Translations under genes and position numbers: made by a program
Assembly: GCA_011522845.1 (NCBI GenBank)
Contig: WTIF01000060.1
Coordinates: 1 to 36,162 of the forward strand
Direction: 5' to 3'
From: Deltaproteobacteria bacterium
GTDB taxonomy: Bacteria > SAR324 > NAC60-12
DNA length: 36,162 bases
Shown here: positions 34,507 to 36,162 of the stretch, piece after piece
Layout of the letters: each line of letters begins with the position of its first letter
Numbering within the stretch: the first letter of the stretch is position 1
Notes under the pieces: model-generated
Databases searched by the model: none
Told to the model about the DNA's origin: nothing
Seen by the model: only the letters and a program-made list of their open reading frames with translations

Positions 34507-35862
34507 ATGAGCTCACCAGAGGCCCTTGAGCAATTCACGCTACCCAGTTTCGATGAGGATGTTGAAAGTGAAGAACCAGGCCATCCTCATCGAAAACCCG
34601 ACGTAGCCCCTCCTGTAGTACCAACCGGTGAAGTCCCTGAGCACCTTGCCAAGGGGAAAGAGTTTGAAACCATTCAATACTTTGAGGGTTACGATGCCTC
34701 TTATCAGGAATCTTCGCATGGCTCTGCTTTTGGTGAGTTGGACACTGGAGAGGAATCTTATTCAGACGAAGAAAAGCAAGAGCTAGCGAGTGTTTTTGCA
34801 ACAGATAATTTCATCCGGGAGAATTCGCTACTGACGGATGCAGAAGCGTTTGCCAAGTCAATTCGAGAGGGGGCTCAGCTTTATAAACAGCAACTTTTGC
34901 TGAAGACCGAGAAAGCCAACCTGGAAGCAGAGCAGTTTAAGCAAGAAGCACTCACAATAAAGCAAACTATGGAGGACGAACGGCAGGCCGTCCTCAGAGA
35001 AGCTCATTTAGAAGCAGATAAGGTCAAAGAACAAGGATATCAGGAAGGTTTTGATGCAGGCTTGCAGGCTGGAATGGAGAAACGCTTCCAAGAGTCAGAA
35101 TACCTAGCCAATCAGATGAATGGTGTCATTGAACAGCTTTCCAATCTGCGGCAGGTTGTCCGCTTTCAAGCAGAGCAGGAGTTGGTTCAATTGGCAGTCC
35201 TGATTGCCAAGCAGGTAGTGGTGCAAGAGCTGGTGATCAACCCAGAGATGTTGCAGAATATCCTGGTCAAGGCGCTCCGGGAAATTGAATCGAAAGGGAA
35301 GATTCAGGTGTTCTTACATCCTGAAGACTATGAATTTATGAAAAATACCGGAGTTAATCTTGATCAGTACATGGGAGAGGAGCAAACCCTTGTACTCAAG
35401 GTTAATCAGGAAGCGGAGCCAGGATCCATCTTCATTGAAACTGATGATGACGTGCTGAACTTCACCTTCCAGCAGCAGTTTGAGCAAATTGAGGAGGAAC
35501 TGAGCCAACGACTGGCAGAACGCCAGGTGCAGATGCACTCTGTAGATATGGATGCCTACGATTTTGCTGTACCGGAAGAACTGCAAACTAAAGCAGGCGA
35601 CCCCACAGTGCAAGGAACTGAATCCGAAGGGCAACCCGTTTTGACAGCGCCTGAAGCGCAAGATAATTCTGTGGTCGCTGAGGAGACTCCTGAGTCGATA
35701 TCAGGAATGAAAGTGGAAGAAGAGTTAGTAGATGCTGTCGATACCAATGCTGAAATAGATCCGGCTGAACTCTTTGGAGAGCCCTCATCGACAGAAGCTG
35801 CCGCAGAACCAGATGCCGCGATAGATCCCACTGAGTTGTTTGGAAATTTCGATGAACGCTGA
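34507..35862 (+). CDS. fliH: Flagellar export-ATPase regulator FliH, unusually long at 451 aa
   Basis: The core matches FliH: KEQGYQEGFDAGLQAG, LVQLAVLIAKQVVVQELVINPEML, IQVFLHPEDYEFM and GSIFIETDDDVLNFTFQQQFEQIEEEL. It is flanked by an acidic N-terminal extension of about 170 aa and an acidic C-terminal tail of about 110 aa. Confidence 0.8.
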   Translation: MSSPEALEQFTLPSFDEDVESEEPGHPHRKPDVAPPVVPTGEVPEHLAKGKEFETIQYFEGYDASYQESSHGSAFGELDTGEESYSDEEKQELASVFATDNFIRENSLLTDAEAFAKSIREGAQLYKQQLLLKTEKANLEAEQFKQEALTIKQTMEDERQAVLREAHLEADKVKEQGYQEGFDAGLQAGMEKRFQESEYLANQMNGVIEQLSNLRQVVRFQAEQELVQLAVLIAKQVVVQELVINPEMLQNILVKALREIESKGKIQVFLHPEDYEFMKNTGVNLDQYMGEEQTLVLKVNQEAEPGSIFIETDDDVLNFTFQQQFEQIEEELSQRLAERQVQMHSVDMDAYDFAVPEELQTKAGDPTVQGTESEGQPVLTAPEAQDNSVVAEETPESISGMKVEEELVDAVDTNAEIDPAELFGEPSSTEAAAEPDAAIDPTELFGNFDER

Positions 35863-36162
35863 AGCTGCTGAGCAGATACGCTATTCCCATCTCGGCCCCT
35901 ACCTGAAGACAGTACAGCGCTTCAAGCCTTTGCGAGCAGAAGGCCGAGTGACCCAGATGATTGGTCACTTGATTGAGGCGACTAATCCTGGCTGCTCAAA
36001 GGGCAGCATGTGTTTCCTCTACGATCCGCAAACTCGTGTTTCTGTCCCAGCGGAGGTAGTTGGTTTTCGGGAAGATAAGATTCTGGTGATGCTGCTTGAG
36101 CAGATGACCAATGTAGGACCCCACTGTCGAATCCTCTACAACCACCGAGATCCAAGTATTCG
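35852..36162 (+). CDS. fliI: Flagellum-specific ATPase FliI, N-terminal 103 codons (3' end lies outside the window)
   Basis: This ORF is not in the track because it has no stop. My translation from ATG 35852 is MNAEAAEQIRYSHLGPYLKTVQRFKPLRAEGRVTQMIGHLIEATNPGCSKGSMCFLYD...AEVVGFREDKILVMLLEQMTNVGP. That matches the FliI/T3SS-ATPase N-terminal beta-barrel pattern. The ATG overlaps fliH by 11 nt. Confidence 0.85.
   Translation, partial: MNAEAAEQIRYSHLGPYLKTVQRFKPLRAEGRVTQMIGHLIEATNPGCSKGSMCFLYDPQTRVSVPAEVVGFREDKILVMLLEQMTNVGPHCRILYNHRDPSI

Noticed and set aside
1-36162. A CRISPR array, tRNA or rRNA genes, a transposon or prophage, or a canonical defence island.
   Set aside because: I saw no regularly spaced direct repeats, no tRNA-like T-loop sequences in the intergenic DNA, and no integrase, transposase or recombinase ORFs. 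There is no compositional break. The window reads as native core chromosome.

Overview
This 36.2 kb window (about 50% GC) looks like core chromosome from a flagellated Gram-negative bacterium; I cannot assign a taxon from sequence alone. I call about 30 protein-coding genes, tightly packed. I found no rRNA, tRNA, CRISPR array, transposase, integrase or recognisable defence gene.

Positions 1-30.5 kb are a mosaic of unrelated housekeeping genes:
- metabolism: folP (5' partial), a NifS/IscS-type cysteine desulfurase, pyk, amt, a stand-alone trpB2, hisI, hemH, ahcY
- translation and replication: lysS, gltX, dnaE
- envelope and secretion: a secreted vWA protein, ftsY, rodA, a ppiD-like chaperone, a DsbD-N-domain protein, an FGE/SUMF1-domain protein, an SH3b-like secreted protein
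- an orphan sensor histidine kinase
- two large divergent orphan coiled-coil proteins (9.5-13.0 kb) and two small orphan ORFs

Positions 31.0-36.2 kb start a flagellar basal-body/export cluster: flgB-flgC-[unknown 95 aa]-fliE, then fliF-fliH-fliI' with no fliG.

The non-obvious signals, strongest first:
1. A 15/16 match to the sigma-28 (FliA) promoter consensus at 22987-23013. It drives an unannotated 66-aa acidic ORF that converges, with a 4-bp gap, on the orphan kinase. The kinase itself carries a TGGCAC-type sigma-54 promoter match.
2. Sigma-54 -24/-12 matches upstream of amt, flgB and fliF.
3. A non-canonical flagellar core: an extra ORF between flgC and fliE, no fliG between fliF and fliH, and a 451-aa FliH with long acidic extensions.
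4. An AUG/UGA-repeat leader ending in an intrinsic-terminator hairpin just upstream of trpB2.
5. An in-frame insertion of about 100 aa in DnaE.
6. Extreme gene packing: start codons 3 bp apart head to head, and convergent stop codons abutting with 0-4 bp gaps.

All functional calls rest on motifs I recognised by eye in the supplied translations. No database search was run.
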